DNA of 64,000 nucleotides from Sphingomonas sp. (GCA_965249705.1 CBDFMO010000016.1:58063-122062); one strand, 5' to 3'; shown: positions 8,808 through 19,749, counted from the first letter of the stretch. Notes: a model not told the origin generated them from the sequence alone. A program made the numbers and translations.

Positions 8808-10172
8808 ATGACCTTGCTGTTCGTGCTGGCGTTCGGGTTGGGCATGGTCGCGTGGTTGGTCGGTCGCGCGCGCGCCGGCGCCTTTGTCGCGGGTCCGGCG
8901 AAGAGCCACTCGCTGGCAGGCTACCACGGTGCCTATGTCGCTTTGTGGACGGTCGTACCTGCCTTGCTGCTTGCCACGGTATGGGCGGGGATTGCACCGG
9001 GGCTGATTACGCAGCGGGTTGTCGCCAGCCCTGCCGCTGCCACGCTCCCGGCCGATCCTGGGGAACGGCGCGCCATCCTGTCCGAAGCGCGAGGGCTCGC
9101 CGAAGGCGAATTGCAGACGGCGTTCAATCCACTCGCCGAAGCCCTTGCGCCCGAGTACGGTGCCGCGCGGACACAACTGACGATCATCGGGCTGGCGCTC
9201 TGCGCTATCATTGCCTTCGCCGGTGGCGCCTTTGCCTTCACGCGGGTCAAGCCCGACTTTCGCGCGCGCACGCGGGTCGAACGCGCCGTGACGATCACGT
9301 TGCTGGTGGCATCGCTCATCGCCATCCTGACGACGATCGGCATCGTAGCTTCGCTTCTGTTCGAATCGATCCGCTTTTTCGGCAAGGTCGGCGCCTTTGA
9401 TTTCCTGTTCGGCACGCGCTGGAGTCCCCAAGCTGCATCGGGTGGCGACATGAAGGCGCTGGGCGCAGTCCCGCTGTTCTGGGGGACGATCTTCATCGGC
9501 GCGATTATCGCGATGATCGTCGCCATTCCATTGGGCCTCATGAGCGCCATCTACCTGACACAATATGCCGGGGCCGCGACCCGTCGCTGGATGAAGCCGC
9601 TGCTGGAAATCCTGGCGGGCGTTCCGACAGTCGTCTACGGGTATTTTGCGGCTCTGACAGTCGCACCCATCGTGCGGGCCGTCGGCGATGCGCTGCACAT
9701 CCCGGGCACAAGCTCGGAAAGTGCCCTAGCCGCGGGTCTCGTCATGGGCATCATGATCATCCCCTTCGTGTCATCGATGGCCGACGATTCACTTGCTGCA
9801 GTGCCGCAGTCGATGCGCGATGGCAGCCTTGCCATGGGCGCCACCAAGTCGGAGACAATTCGCCGCGTGCTCGTGCCGGCGGCGCTGCCAGGCATCGTCG
9901 GTGGCGTGCTGCTCGCGGTCAGCCGCGCCATCGGCGAGACGATGATTGTGGTCATGGCGGCCGGGCTTGCCGCCAACCTGACGGCCAATCCCTTCGCAAG
10001 TGTGACGACGGTGACGGTGCAGATCGTGCAGCTTCTGACTGGCGACCAGGAATTCGACAGTGCCAAGACACTCGCCGCCTTTGCGCTCGGTCTCGTGCTT
10101 TTCATTGTGACCTTGTTGCTCAACATTGTCGCGCTCAGCGTCGTGAAACGATATCGCGAAGCCTATGACTGA
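8808..10172 (+). CDS. pstC: Phosphate ABC transporter permease
   Basis: Multiple TMs, LEILAGVPTVVYG, SRAIGETMIV; operon order. Confidence 0.95.
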   Translation: MTLLFVLAFGLGMVAWLVGRARAGAFVAGPAKSHSLAGYHGAYVALWTVVPALLLATVWAGIAPGLITQRVVASPAAATLPADPGERRAILSEARGLAEGELQTAFNPLAEALAPEYGAARTQLTIIGLALCAIIAFAGGAFAFTRVKPDFRARTRVERAVTITLLVASLIAILTTIGIVASLLFESIRFFGKVGAFDFLFGTRWSPQAASGGDMKALGAVPLFWGTIFIGAIIAMIVAIPLGLMSAIYLTQYAGAATRRWMKPLLEILAGVPTVVYGYFAALTVAPIVRAVGDALHIPGTSSESALAAGLVMGIMIIPFVSSMADDSLAAVPQSMRDGSLAMGATKSETIRRVLVPAALPGIVGGVLLAVSRAIGETMIVVMAAGLAANLTANPFASVTTVTVQIVQLLTGDQEFDSAKTLAAFALGLVLFIVTLLLNIVALSVVKRYREAYD

Positions 10173-11424
10173 TGCCCGTCTTCCCACCGACTGGCAGTCG
10201 GACGCGATGCAGAAGCGCATCCGCCGGCGCTATGTGTCCGAACGAAACTTCAAATTTGCGGGCCTGTTTGCCGTTACGCTGTCGGCGGGATTCCTCGCGT
10301 TCCTGATTATCACAATGGCTTGGAGCGGTGCGCGCGGGTTCACGCGCAGCAGCGTCGCCGTGCCGTTCGACTTCCCCGCGCTGGCCGTGCCGCTGTCGCC
10401 GGCGGCACTTTCGCGCGGCGGGGATATGGACTCGCAGTTTGCCGCAGCCGATCTCCCCGCGGTGGTGACCCGAGCAACGCAGGCCGCGTTCGGACCAAAG
10501 GGCCCGGCGACGGTATCGGACAGCGGCTGGCTCGCGCTGCGGACGGCAATCAAGCGCGATCCCTCGATCCTGACCCGCAAAACGGTCGTTTCCATCCCCG
10601 CATCCGCCGCACTCGACATTGCAGAGAACGGCGAAAGCGACCCTGCGATGCAGGCCGTCTACAAGCAGTTGAAAGCCAGCGGGGCGGTGTCGCGCGCGCT
10701 CAATCTGTCGTTCCTGACCGACAGCGACGCGACCGACCCAACGCAGGCCGGCATTTGGGGGGCGTTCAAGGGGTCGCTGCTCACGATGCTCGTCACATTG
10801 GCCCTGGCGTTTCCGGTGGGCGTGCTTTCGGCGGTTTATCTCGAGGAATATGCGCCACGGAATCGCTGGACCGACCTGATCGAGGTGTCGATCAACAATC
10901 TCGCGGCGGTTCCTTCGATCATCTTCGGACTGCTCGGTCTGGCTGTATTCCTGAACACGTTCAACCTGCCACGTTCCGCCCCGCTGGTCGGTGGCCTGAC
11001 CCTGGCACTGATGACCATGCCCGTCATCGTCATTGCCGGCCGCAACGCGATCAAGGCCGTTCCGCCGTCGATCCGTGACGCGGCGCTCGGCATCGGCGCG
11101 TCGCCGATCCAGGTCGTTTTCCACCACGTCCTTCCGCTAGCCCTGCCCGGCATCCTGACCGGCACGATCATCGGCATGGCCCGTGCGTTGGGCGAAACGG
11201 CACCGCTGCTGATGATCGGCATGCGCGCCTTTGTGGCGACGCCGCCAAGCGGCATCACCGACCCGTCGAGCGTCCTGCCGGTGCAGATATTTCTCTGGTC
11301 CGACGAGATTTCGCGCGGTTTCATCGAGAAGACGAGCGCGGCGATCATCGTCCTGCTGGCGTTCCTTCTCGCGATGAACGGTGCCGCCATATACCTTCGC
11401 AACCGCTTTGAAACTCGCTGGTGA
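10165..11424 (+). CDS. pstA: Phosphate ABC transporter permease
   Basis: NLAAVPSIIFGLLG, ARALGETAPLL; overlaps the pstC stop. Confidence 0.95.
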   Translation: MTDARLPTDWQSDAMQKRIRRRYVSERNFKFAGLFAVTLSAGFLAFLIITMAWSGARGFTRSSVAVPFDFPALAVPLSPAALSRGGDMDSQFAAADLPAVVTRATQAAFGPKGPATVSDSGWLALRTAIKRDPSILTRKTVVSIPASAALDIAENGESDPAMQAVYKQLKASGAVSRALNLSFLTDSDATDPTQAGIWGAFKGSLLTMLVTLALAFPVGVLSAVYLEEYAPRNRWTDLIEVSINNLAAVPSIIFGLLGLAVFLNTFNLPRSAPLVGGLTLALMTMPVIVIAGRNAIKAVPPSIRDAALGIGASPIQVVFHHVLPLALPGILTGTIIGMARALGETAPLLMIGMRAFVATPPSGITDPSSVLPVQIFLWSDEISRGFIEKTSAAIIVLLAFLLAMNGAAIYLRNRFETRW

Positions 11425-11433
11425 CCTGACCCT

Positions 11434-12219
11434 ATGGCTTCTGCCCCCCACCTTTCGAATGCCCCCCCGAAGATGTCTGCGCGCGACGTTTCGGTCTGGT
11501 ACGGTCCGAAAAAGGCGATCGACAATGTTTCGATCGACGTCGAACAGGAAAATGTCACGGCCTTCATCGGCCCATCGGGCTGCGGCAAGTCGACGTTCCT
11601 GCGCACGCTCAACCGAATGAACGACACCGTCGCATCGGCCCGGGTCGAAGGTGACATCACGCTTGACGGCGCCGACATCTATGCTCCGTCGATGGATGTG
11701 GTCCAGCTACGCGCGCGCGTGGGCATGGTTTTCCAGAAACCAAACCCGTTTCCCAAGTCGATCTACGAAAATGTGGCTTATGGACCGCGTATTCATGGCC
11801 TTGCGACAGCGAAGGCTGACATGGACCGTATCGTCGAGGAATCGCTGGCCCGCGCCGGTTTGTGGGAAGAAGTGAAGGATCGCCTTGACGCGAGTGGCAC
11901 GGCGCTGTCGGGCGGGCAGCAGCAGCGTCTGTGCATCGCACGCGCCATCGCCGTCGACCCCGAAGTCATCCTGATGGACGAGCCGTGCTCAGCTCTCGAT
12001 CCCATCGCGACGGCGCGCATCGAAGAGCTCATCCATGCGCTGCGCGGGCGCTATGCCATCGTCATCGTGACGCACAACATGCAGCAGGCAGCGCGCGTTT
12101 CACAACGCACTGCCTTTTTCCACTTGGGAACGCTCGTGGAGTATGGCGTGACATCGGACATCTTCACCAATCCGAAAGCCGAGCGGACCAAGGATTACAT
12201 CACGGGAAGGTACGGCTGA
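11434..12219 (+). CDS. pstB: Phosphate ABC transporter ATP-binding protein
   Basis: [40 protein letters not shown]. Confidence 0.97.
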   Translation: MASAPHLSNAPPKMSARDVSVWYGPKKAIDNVSIDVEQENVTAFIGPSGCGKSTFLRTLNRMNDTVASARVEGDITLDGADIYAPSMDVVQLRARVGMVFQKPNPFPKSIYENVAYGPRIHGLATAKADMDRIVEESLARAGLWEEVKDRLDASGTALSGGQQQRLCIARAIAVDPEVILMDEPCSALDPIATARIEELIHALRGRYAIVIVTHNMQQAARVSQRTAFFHLGTLVEYGVTSDIFTNPKAERTKDYITGRYG

Positions 12220-12923
12220 TGGGCATCGGCACCGAGCATACCGTCAAGGCCTTCGACGATGAAATCGGCGAACTGCGGGGGCATATCGCCGAGATGGGCA
12301 GCCGTGCGGAAGCCGCGATTACGCGTGCGATGGAAGCACTGGTAAAGCGCGACCTCGATCTGGCACGCCATGTCATCGACGACGACCGGATCATCGACCG
12401 GCTCGAATCCGAGGTCGAAAAGCTCGCGGTCCAGATCATTGCGCTTCGGGCACCCATGGCGGACGACCTGCGCGACGTCGTCTCGGCGCTCAAGATCGCC
12501 AGCGTTCTCGAGCGTGTCGGCGATTACGGCAAGAACATTGCCAAACGCGTCGGCGCGATCGAGGGGCGACGCAAGATCGAACCCCTGTCGCTGTTGCCAA
12601 GCATGGCGCAGGTCGCGACCGAGATGGTCAACGATGCGCTGACGGCCTTCGCCGCGCGCGACGCGGCGCTTGCCGTCGCGGTCAACGAGCGCGACCGGGT
12701 TGTCGATGATTTCTACAACTCGATCTTCCGCACACTGGTGACCTATATGGTCGAGTATCCACCGTCGATCAGCGACGCCGCGCACCTGCTGTTCGTCGCC
12801 AAGAACCTCGAGCGCGTGGGCGACCACGCGACGAACGTAGCGGAAATGGTCTATTTCGCCGCGACTGGGGAATATATGGCGGAGCGCGATCGCACCGACG
12901 CTTACGACCAAACGGGGAGTTGA
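12219..12923 (+). CDS. phoU: Phosphate signalling complex protein
   Basis: ATG overlaps the pstB stop; HTVKAFD, QPMA-like RAPMADDLR, two LER(V)GD repeats. Confidence 0.95.
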   Translation: MGIGTEHTVKAFDDEIGELRGHIAEMGSRAEAAITRAMEALVKRDLDLARHVIDDDRIIDRLESEVEKLAVQIIALRAPMADDLRDVVSALKIASVLERVGDYGKNIAKRVGAIEGRRKIEPLSLLPSMAQVATEMVNDALTAFAARDAALAVAVNERDRVVDDFYNSIFRTLVTYMVEYPPSISDAAHLLFVAKNLERVGDHATNVAEMVYFAATGEYMAERDRTDAYDQTGS

Positions 12924-12926
12924 TAA

Positions 12927-13625
12927 ATGGCGCGCGCAAAAATGTTGCTAGTAGAGGATGATGCGGCGCTGGCCGAACTTCTGGTCTATCATTTTCGACG
13001 GGAAGATTTCGACGTAAAGCAGACTGCGGACGGCGAGGAAGCTCTCCTGCTTGCCCAGGAAAACGCCCCCGACATCGTATTGCTCGACTGGATGATCGAA
13101 GGCCTGTCGGGGATCGAGGTATGCCGCCGTTTGCGCCGGATGCCCGAGACACAGAATGTGCCAATCATCATGCTGACGGCGCGCGGTGAAGAGGAAGATC
13201 GCGTGCGGGGCCTGGAAACCGGGGCCGACGATTATGTGACGAAGCCTTTCAGCCCCCGCGAACTCGTGGCCCGCGTGGGAGCCGTCCTGCGCCGCGTGCG
13301 CCCGGCGCTTGCGGGCGAGGCGTTGATTTACGCAGATTTGGAGATGGATACGGTGGGGCACAAGGTCAAACGGGGCGGCAAGATGGTGCCCCTCGGTCCG
13401 ACCGAGTTCCGGCTACTTAAGCATTTCCTCGAACATCCCGCGCATGTCTTTTCACGCGAGCGATTGCTCGACAGCGTCTGGGGCCATGACAGCGATATCG
13501 AACCCCGGACCGTGGACGTCCATATCCGGCGGCTGCGCAAGGCGATCAATGAAGGCGGTTATGCCGATATCATCCGCACAGTGCGGTCTGCCGGCTATGC
13601 GCTGGACGCCGAGGGTCGCCTCTGA
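12927..13625 (+). CDS. phoB: Phosphate regulon response regulator
   Basis: Receiver domain (LLDWM, GADDYVTKPFS) plus OmpR winged helix (GPTEFRLL, RTVDVHIRRLRK). Confidence 0.95.
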   Translation: MARAKMLLVEDDAALAELLVYHFRREDFDVKQTADGEEALLLAQENAPDIVLLDWMIEGLSGIEVCRRLRRMPETQNVPIIMLTARGEEEDRVRGLETGADDYVTKPFSPRELVARVGAVLRRVRPALAGEALIYADLEMDTVGHKVKRGGKMVPLGPTEFRLLKHFLEHPAHVFSRERLLDSVWGHDSDIEPRTVDVHIRRLRKAINEGGYADIIRTVRSAGYALDAEGRL

Positions 13626-13737
13626 ACGCGGGAGCCCCGTCCGCCGCGAGAGTCCCTGCGACGAAACCCATCGTCGTTTCATGCATTGACCCCATGCACA
13701 CGCGCCTCCCCCGGCGTGACGCAACGGAGTAAAATCT

Positions 13738-14217
13738 ATGAAATCGCTCGTATTTTCGGCTGCACTGCTTCTCGGCACGGCAGCCATAGCCCAATCAACG
13801 ACACCGACGACCACGCCTTCCACCGGCAGCTCCGGCACGTCGACCACGCAAGGTACCGATACGACAGCGCCCCCGATGGGCACCACCAACGACGGCACGA
13901 TGTCGACGAGCCCGGCGCCTGCCAGCGACCCGGCTTCTCCGACACCGCCTGCACCCAACACTAGCGGCGGCACGGGCACAATGGGCAGCACGGGCGCGAC
14001 CGGAACGAGCATGAGCCAGCCCGGCATGTCGGGAACAGCCGGTCAGGCCATGACCGGACAACCCATGGGACAGTCGGGCATGACGCAATCCGGTGGTGCT
14101 GCCCCGATGGCGCAGGCCAGCTATCCGCGCTGTTCGGCAACGGTCACCGATCAGTGCCGTCAGGGATCGGCGCGCGAAAGCGATCGCCGCGGCGGCCCGC
14201 GCAAGCGTCGCGGTTGA
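13738..14217 (+). CDS. Secreted low-complexity (T/S/G/P/M/Q) hypothetical protein with a C-terminal Cys pair
   Basis: Signal peptide MKSLVFSAALLLGTAAIAQ, long T/S/G-rich tract, terminal YPRCSATVTDQCRQ. Confidence 0.7.
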   Translation: MKSLVFSAALLLGTAAIAQSTTPTTTPSTGSSGTSTTQGTDTTAPPMGTTNDGTMSTSPAPASDPASPTPPAPNTSGGTGTMGSTGATGTSMSQPGMSGTAGQAMTGQPMGQSGMTQSGGAAPMAQASYPRCSATVTDQCRQGSARESDRRGGPRKRRG

Positions 14218-14276
14218 CGTAAACGGAACCTCGGTGCATCGGCGGCACGCACACTGCCAATGCACCGGGGAAACCA

Positions 14277-15173
14277 ATGACCATTTCGTTCGAAAATCGC
14301 GTTGCCATTGTTACCGGCGCTGGCGGTGGACTGGGGCGGGCATATGCGTTGGAACTCGCGCGGCGCGGCGCTAAAGTCGTTGTTAACGACCTCGGCGCAG
14401 CGCGCGATGGCACGGGCCATTCCGATGCGGCCCTCCAGGTGGTCGAAGAGATTCGCAGCAAAGGTGGAACCGCTCTGTCGAACGGTGGCAGCGTCACCGA
14501 ATACGACCAGATGGTGGCCATGGTCGCCGAGGCAAAAGCGCAGTGGGGTCGCGTCGACATCCTGATCAACAACGCCGGAATCCTGCGCGACAAGAGCTTT
14601 GCGAAGATGGAGCCTGCCGATTTCGACCTTGTCGTCAAAGTGCATTTGAGCGGCAGCGCGAATGTCACAAAGGCCGTTTGGGAGACGATGCGCGAGCAAG
14701 CCTATGGTCGCATATTGATGACGGCGTCGTCGACAGGCCTGTTCGGCAACTTCGGTCAGGCAAATTATGGCGCCGCCAAGCTTGGACTCGCCGGGCTGAC
14801 CAAGACGCTGTACCTCGAAGGCGCGAAATATAACGTGCGCGTCAACACGATCGCGCCCGTCGCCGGAACACGGATGACAGAGGACCTCTTTCCGCCGGAA
14901 GCGTTCAAGGCGTTTGCGCCGGAAAACGTGGTCCCGGCGGCGCTCTATCTTGTGAGCGAGGATGCACCCTCGAACGCTATAATCGGCGCCGGCGCGGGCG
15001 TGGTCCAGGCAGCCTATGTCACACTGACGCCGGGAGCCTATCTGCCGGAGGGAGACCGTACGCCCGAGGCCGTCGCCCGGCTTTGGGAAAAAATCACCGA
15101 CCGCACCGGCGAAATCGTGCCCCAGTCCGGCAATGAGCAATCGATGCTCATCCTGAAGACGATGCAGGGCTGA
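14277..15173 (+). CDS. SDR family NAD(P)-dependent oxidoreductase (MFE-2/3-hydroxyacyl-CoA dehydrogenase-like)
   Basis: TGAGGGLG, VVVNDLG, NNAGILRD, catalytic YGAAK. Confidence 0.9.
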   Translation: MTISFENRVAIVTGAGGGLGRAYALELARRGAKVVVNDLGAARDGTGHSDAALQVVEEIRSKGGTALSNGGSVTEYDQMVAMVAEAKAQWGRVDILINNAGILRDKSFAKMEPADFDLVVKVHLSGSANVTKAVWETMREQAYGRILMTASSTGLFGNFGQANYGAAKLGLAGLTKTLYLEGAKYNVRVNTIAPVAGTRMTEDLFPPEAFKAFAPENVVPAALYLVSEDAPSNAIIGAGAGVVQAAYVTLTPGAYLPEGDRTPEAVARLWEKITDRTGEIVPQSGNEQSMLILKTMQG

Positions 15174-15176
15174 ACG

Positions 15177-15512
15177 CTAGTCCGCGACCAGCTTCATCAG
15201 CCTTCGTTCCACCGGCGCGAGCACCGGGGCAAGCTCGTGGCCGCGTTTCAGGACGACGCCGCCCTCCCCGATCAATGCCCATTGGCCTTGGCGGTTGCGC
15301 AGAGCAGGTCGTTTTTCAATTCTTATTTCGGGCCTCTCGGTTGCGTGGCGGAACGCCGCAAACGCGGCAGCGTCGCGATCAAAATGCACGGCATAATCGC
15401 GCCAATGCCCTGCGGCCACCATGCGCCCGTAGAGGTCGAGAATGCGGGTCAATTCGTTACGTTCGAAGCCGACTTGGACGGGCATCGCGCGAGGAAAGGG
15501 AACAACGCCCAT
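15177..15512 (-). CDS. DUF2794-family protein
   Basis: FERNELTRILDLYGRMVAAGHWRDYA...IEKRP...VLKRGHEL; usual position after cysE in Alphaproteobacteria. Confidence 0.8.
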   Translation of the reverse strand: MGVVPFPRAMPVQVGFERNELTRILDLYGRMVAAGHWRDYAVHFDRDAAAFAAFRHATERPEIRIEKRPALRNRQGQWALIGEGGVVLKRGHELAPVLAPVERRLMKLVAD

Positions 15513-16186
15513 CAGGCGGATTTTCGCCCTTCTTCTTCTTGCTCCGAAACATAAGCCGACAATTTAGCACGAAGGCTCTCGACTTCGCACTTCAGGATTT
15601 CGAGTTGCTGTGTCGCGGGGTCGAAACGCTCGCTGCACGGCGTGCCATAGGGAATGAACCCGCTATTGGCTTCGACAAGGGTAGAGCGCGCCGGGATGCC
15701 GACCATCGTTGCACCCTCGGCGACGTCTTTCGTGACGACGGAATTTGCGCCAATGCGTGCGCGTTCGCCCACGGTGATCGGCCCAAGCACCTGCGCGCCC
15801 GACCCGATGATGACTCCGTTCGAAATCGTCGGATGGCGTTTTCCGGGCACGCCATCTGCGGGATTGGTGCCCCCGAGCGTGACGCACTGGTAGATCGTCA
15901 CGTCGTCCCCGATTTCGGCCGTCTCGCCGATAACCGTGAAGCCGTGATCGATGAAGAAGTTGCGACCAATGGTTGCGCCCGGATGGATATCGATGGCCGT
16001 GAAGAAACGGCCGATATGGTTGACCAGGCGCGCAAACCAGTAGAGCTCGCCAACGTATAGCCAATGGGCAATGCGGTGGAAGGCCAGCGCCCAGACGCCC
16101 GGGTACAGCAGGACTTCCCAGCGCGAACGTGCAGCTGGGTCGCGGGCCTTGATTGCGTCGAGATAAGCGATGAGTCCGCTGGACAT
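15512..16186 (-). CDS. cysE: Serine O-acetyltransferase
   Basis: [38 protein letters not shown]; start at MSSGLIAY. Confidence 0.93.
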   Translation of the reverse strand: MSSGLIAYLDAIKARDPAARSRWEVLLYPGVWALAFHRIAHWLYVGELYWFARLVNHIGRFFTAIDIHPGATIGRNFFIDHGFTVIGETAEIGDDVTIYQCVTLGGTNPADGVPGKRHPTISNGVIIGSGAQVLGPITVGERARIGANSVVTKDVAEGATMVGIPARSTLVEANSGFIPYGTPCSERFDPATQQLEILKCEVESLRAKLSAYVSEQEEEGRKSA

Positions 16187-16327
16187 TGGTGCCTCCCCGG
16201 CACGGTTCATTTCGTCCAACTTAGGCGTGACGACTCTCGGTTTCAAACCCCTATGCCGAACTAGGCTTTCGTGGATGACCGTTGGTGGGGCTTGCGGCGA
16301 CTGTCCCTCCCTGCGAAACGCCTTCCG

Positions 16328-17092
16328 ATGACGTTCGATGCGGGCATGTTCGAGGCGCTTCTGCCCTTCATCGCGGTTGGCTTTGCCGCCCAACTTGTGG
16401 ACGGCGCGCTAGGCATGGCTTTTGGCGTGATTTCGAACACGTTGCTGGTGACTGTGCTCGGCGTGCCGCCCAAACAGGGATCTGCCGGCGTCCACCTCGT
16501 CGAAATGTTCACAACTGCGGCAAGCGGGATCAGCCATATCCTCCATCGCAATGTCGACTGGTGGCTGTTTCTGCGGCTCGTGTTTCCCGGGATCGGAGGC
16601 GGCATGCTGGGCGCCTATCTTTTGGTTGGGCTCGATGGCTCAGTAACGCGGCCCTTCGTCATGGCCTATCTCTCGCTGATCGGCGTGTATCTGCTGGCGC
16701 GGTCATTTGGTGTCACGCCCCGCCCGCGTCGGCCGCGCATCATTGCGCCGCTGGCGCTGCTCGGCGGCTTTCTCGATGCGGCGGGCGGTGGTGGCTGGGG
16801 TCCCGTCGTCACGTCGAACCTGCTGTTGCAGGGCAGCGACCCCCGCCAAACGATCGGGACGGTCAATACGGCGGAGTTTTTTCTGACCACGAGCATCTCA
16901 ATCGCGTTCATCGTCGGCATCGGGTTCGAAGCCTTTACCGTTGCAACGATAGGGCTGCTGCTCGGCGGCATCGCCGCTGCCCCCTTGGGGGCAATGCTGG
17001 CAAAGCGCGTGACCCCGTCGACCTTGCTTCGGCTGGTTGGAATTGTGCTGACAGCGACGAGCGTTTTCAGCCTGTATCGGGCGCTCGCCTAA
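16328..17092 (+). CDS. Sulfite exporter TauE/SafE family membrane protein
   Basis: [37 protein letters not shown]; about 8 TMs. Confidence 0.85.
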   Translation: MTFDAGMFEALLPFIAVGFAAQLVDGALGMAFGVISNTLLVTVLGVPPKQGSAGVHLVEMFTTAASGISHILHRNVDWWLFLRLVFPGIGGGMLGAYLLVGLDGSVTRPFVMAYLSLIGVYLLARSFGVTPRPRRPRIIAPLALLGGFLDAAGGGGWGPVVTSNLLLQGSDPRQTIGTVNTAEFFLTTSISIAFIVGIGFEAFTVATIGLLLGGIAAAPLGAMLAKRVTPSTLLRLVGIVLTATSVFSLYRALA

Positions 17093-17529
17093 TTCCAGCG
17101 TGCCGCGGCCGCTTCGTCGCTGTGGCGCGCATCGACCCAAATTTCCCGGCCATCTGCGAAACTTTCCCGCTTCCAAAAGGGTGCGTCGGTCTTCAGCCGA
17201 TCGATGAGGAACGCGCACGCCGCAAGCGCGTCGGCGCGGTGGGGACTCGCGCAGGCGACCAGAACGATCGGCTCGCCGGGTACGAGACGGCCTACGCGGT
17301 GATGTAGCGTAAGTCCGCCGAGCGACCACCGCGACGCCGCCTCGTTCGCAAGCGCGCGCAGGGCAGAGTCGGTCATTGCCGGATAATGTTCGAGCGTGAG
17401 CGCGATCAGCCCGGCGTCGCCACGCACGATGCCAATAAAGCTCGCGACAGCGCCCATGCCGTCAATCGAAAGCGCAGCGATCTCCGCGCCTGTATTGAAC
17501 GCGTCGGTCGAAACGCGCACAGTGATCAC
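17089..17529 (-). CDS. moaE: Molybdopterin synthase catalytic subunit
   Basis: LEHYPAMT, HRVGRL, HRADA, LKTDAPFWKRE; GTG start overlapping the moaD stop. Confidence 0.93.
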   Translation of the reverse strand: MITVRVSTDAFNTGAEIAALSIDGMGAVASFIGIVRGDAGLIALTLEHYPAMTDSALRALANEAASRWSLGGLTLHHRVGRLVPGEPIVLVACASPHRADALAACAFLIDRLKTDAPFWKRESFADGREIWVDARHSDEAAAARWN

Positions 17530-17768
17530 CCGCCAGTCACCGGCGGAAAAAACGCAATTTCGCGAGCGCCGGCAATATTCGTGTCGAAGCGCGCCATTAC
17601 CTGGTCGACGGCAACGCGCAAACGATCGCGCTCCGCAAAAATCGGGTGGCGCAGCGCGAGCCAGTCGGCCAAGTCGGCCACCGTCGTCATGCTTTGAGGC
17701 AGGTCGAGCCGCTCCTCGCCCGTTCCAACCGCATCGCGCACCTTGGCGAAATAGAGCAGCGTGACCAC
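17526..17768 (-). CDS. moaD: Molybdopterin synthase sulfur carrier subunit
   Basis: 80 aa, LLYFA start, terminal FFPPVTGG. Confidence 0.95.
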   Translation of the reverse strand: MVTLLYFAKVRDAVGTGEERLDLPQSMTTVADLADWLALRHPIFAERDRLRVAVDQVMARFDTNIAGAREIAFFPPVTGG

Positions 17769-17771
17769 GGC

Positions 17772-18335
17772 TCAGTCCATGTGCTTCAGGCCGACGCGCA
17801 AATAATCCCAGCCGGTCAGCAGGGTCAGCGCGGCAGCACCCCAGAGCGAGACGAGTCCGACTGTCTTGACCCATCCATAAATGGGCAGCGCACCTGCCAG
17901 GATGAGCGCGCCGAGCGCGACGATCTGCAGCGTCGTCTTGTATTTGGCGAGTTGCGAGACTGGCACGGAAACCTGCAATCCGGCGAGAAATTCACGCAGG
18001 CCCGACACGGCGATCTCGCGGAGGAGAATGACGAGCGCCGCTATGAGATGGACACCGGTGATCGACGCGGCCTCATGCCGTGTTCCGACAAGCATAAGAA
18101 TGACCGCGGCGACCATGATCTTGTCGGCGATGGGATCGAGGAACTGGCCCAGCTTCGATACGGTGCCCTGCGCGCGGGCAAGATAGCCGTCGAAATAGTC
18201 AGTCACGCCCATGAGGCAGTAAAGCACAAAGCCGAGCGCGTAACCCAGCTCCCACCCCGGATACCATAGCAGCGCCACGAGCAGCGGCACCGTGACGATG
18301 CGCGACAGGGTCAAGATGTTGGGCAGGCTGAGCAC
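17772..18335 (-). CDS. pgsA: CDP-diacylglycerol--glycerol-3-phosphate 3-phosphatidyltransferase
   Basis: LPNILTLSRI, TDYFDGYLAR, GQFLDPIADK, REIAVSGLRE; GTG start at 18335. Confidence 0.95.
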   Translation of the reverse strand: MLSLPNILTLSRIVTVPLLVALLWYPGWELGYALGFVLYCLMGVTDYFDGYLARAQGTVSKLGQFLDPIADKIMVAAVILMLVGTRHEAASITGVHLIAALVILLREIAVSGLREFLAGLQVSVPVSQLAKYKTTLQIVALGALILAGALPIYGWVKTVGLVSLWGAAALTLLTGWDYLRVGLKHMD

Positions 18336-18417
18336 GGGCACAGCCTCTAACCGCCATTGGACCCGCGCGCAAAGGCCGCTATGGCGCGCTCCAGTCACAA
18401 TTGGATCGCACCACCTT

Positions 18418-19707
18418 ATGCAGATGTCGCTCGCGCTGATGAATCGGCGTCGTTTCCTGCCTCTATTCGTCACGCAATTCCTCGGCGCGATGAACGATAA
18501 CCTGTTCAAAACCTCGATGATTTTGTTCGTCATCTACAACATCTACAACGACCCCAAGCAGGAGGAGCTGTTCAGCGCCGTCGCTTCGGCCGTGTTTATT
18601 CTGCCGTTTTTCCTGCTGTCTGCGGTCGCGGGGCAGCTGGCCGACGCCTATGACAAGGCGCAGCTGGTGCGCATCGTGAAGAGCTGCGAAATCGGCATCA
18701 TGATCGTGGGCGGCGTCGGCCTGATGATCGGCAACATTCCGCTGATGATGGTCGCGCTGTTCGCCATGGGTGTACATTCGACATTTTTCGGGCCGATAAA
18801 ATACGCCATCCTGCCCCAGCATCTGAGCAGCGAGGAAGTGCTGGGCGGTACGGGCCTCGTCGAGGCGGGCACGTACATCGCAATCCTTGCCGGCACGATT
18901 CTGGCGGGCTTCATCAACCATCATGTCGCGGCCGTGGGGGTGCTTCTCATTGCGGTCGTCGGGTGGTTCGCGGGCCGCGAAGTGCCGCCGGCCCCGGCTA
19001 TCGGCAATGATCACGCCATCGACTGGAACATCTTCAGGGCGTCCTACCGGCTGGTCTCGGCGACAATGCACGTCCGCCACCTCTTCCTGGCCATCGTGTC
19101 GATCAGTTTTTTCTGGATGATTGGAGCCGTTCTCTTCGTACAGTTCCCGCCGCTTGTGAAAAACGTCCTCCAGGCTGACAAGAGCGTGGCCAGCTTGTTC
19201 CTTGCGATCTTTTCAGTCGGCATCGCGATCGGGTCGGTCTGGATCAACCGCCTGCTAAAAGGCCAGGTCTCAGCACGCTTTGCGCCGGTGTCCGTCCTTT
19301 TCATGGGCGCGTTTGTGCTGGGCTTTCATTTCATCGCGAAATTCTGGGAGCGCAGTACCGAGGGCTCGCTCTACAACATCGTCGAGTTCATCCACTTGCC
19401 GGGGGCCGCTCTGCTTCTGGCATGCCTGCTGGCAATTGCTGTCTCGGGCGGAATGTTCGTCGTGCCGCTCTATGCGTTCCTGACGACGACCGTCGCCAAG
19501 AGCGAGACCGCGCGAACGGTGGGTGCGAACAATTTCGTCAACGCCGGGTGCATGGTGGTCGGCTCGGTGCTTGCGGTCGGCCTGAGCGCCGTCGGCGTTT
19601 CAGCGACCGATCAGTTCATCATGACTGCATGCATGTGCGTCATTTCGGCCTGGCTGGCATGGACGCTGCACAAGGCATGCCCGGCGGGCGATTGCTACCC
19701 AAGCTAG
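18418..19707 (+). CDS. MFS transporter, LplT/Aas-like lysophospholipid transporter
   Basis: RRFLPLFVTQFLGAMNDNLFK, STFFGPIKYAILP, FVVPLYA; about 12 TMs. Confidence 0.8.
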   Translation: MQMSLALMNRRRFLPLFVTQFLGAMNDNLFKTSMILFVIYNIYNDPKQEELFSAVASAVFILPFFLLSAVAGQLADAYDKAQLVRIVKSCEIGIMIVGGVGLMIGNIPLMMVALFAMGVHSTFFGPIKYAILPQHLSSEEVLGGTGLVEAGTYIAILAGTILAGFINHHVAAVGVLLIAVVGWFAGREVPPAPAIGNDHAIDWNIFRASYRLVSATMHVRHLFLAIVSISFFWMIGAVLFVQFPPLVKNVLQADKSVASLFLAIFSVGIAIGSVWINRLLKGQVSARFAPVSVLFMGAFVLGFHFIAKFWERSTEGSLYNIVEFIHLPGAALLLACLLAIAVSGGMFVVPLYAFLTTTVAKSETARTVGANNFVNAGCMVVGSVLAVGLSAVGVSATDQFIMTACMCVISAWLAWTLHKACPAGDCYPS

Positions 19708-19749
19708 GCGGTCGACCGGATGGGGGGGGCGCCGCCCGGTCGACCGCCT
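19706..19749. repeat. 14-bp perfect inverted repeat (terminator- or REP-like hairpin)
   Basis: AGGCGGTCGACCGG (19706-19719) and CCGGTCGACCGCCT (19736-19749), 16-nt loop with a G8 run, at the MFS stop between convergent genes. Confidence 0.6.
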
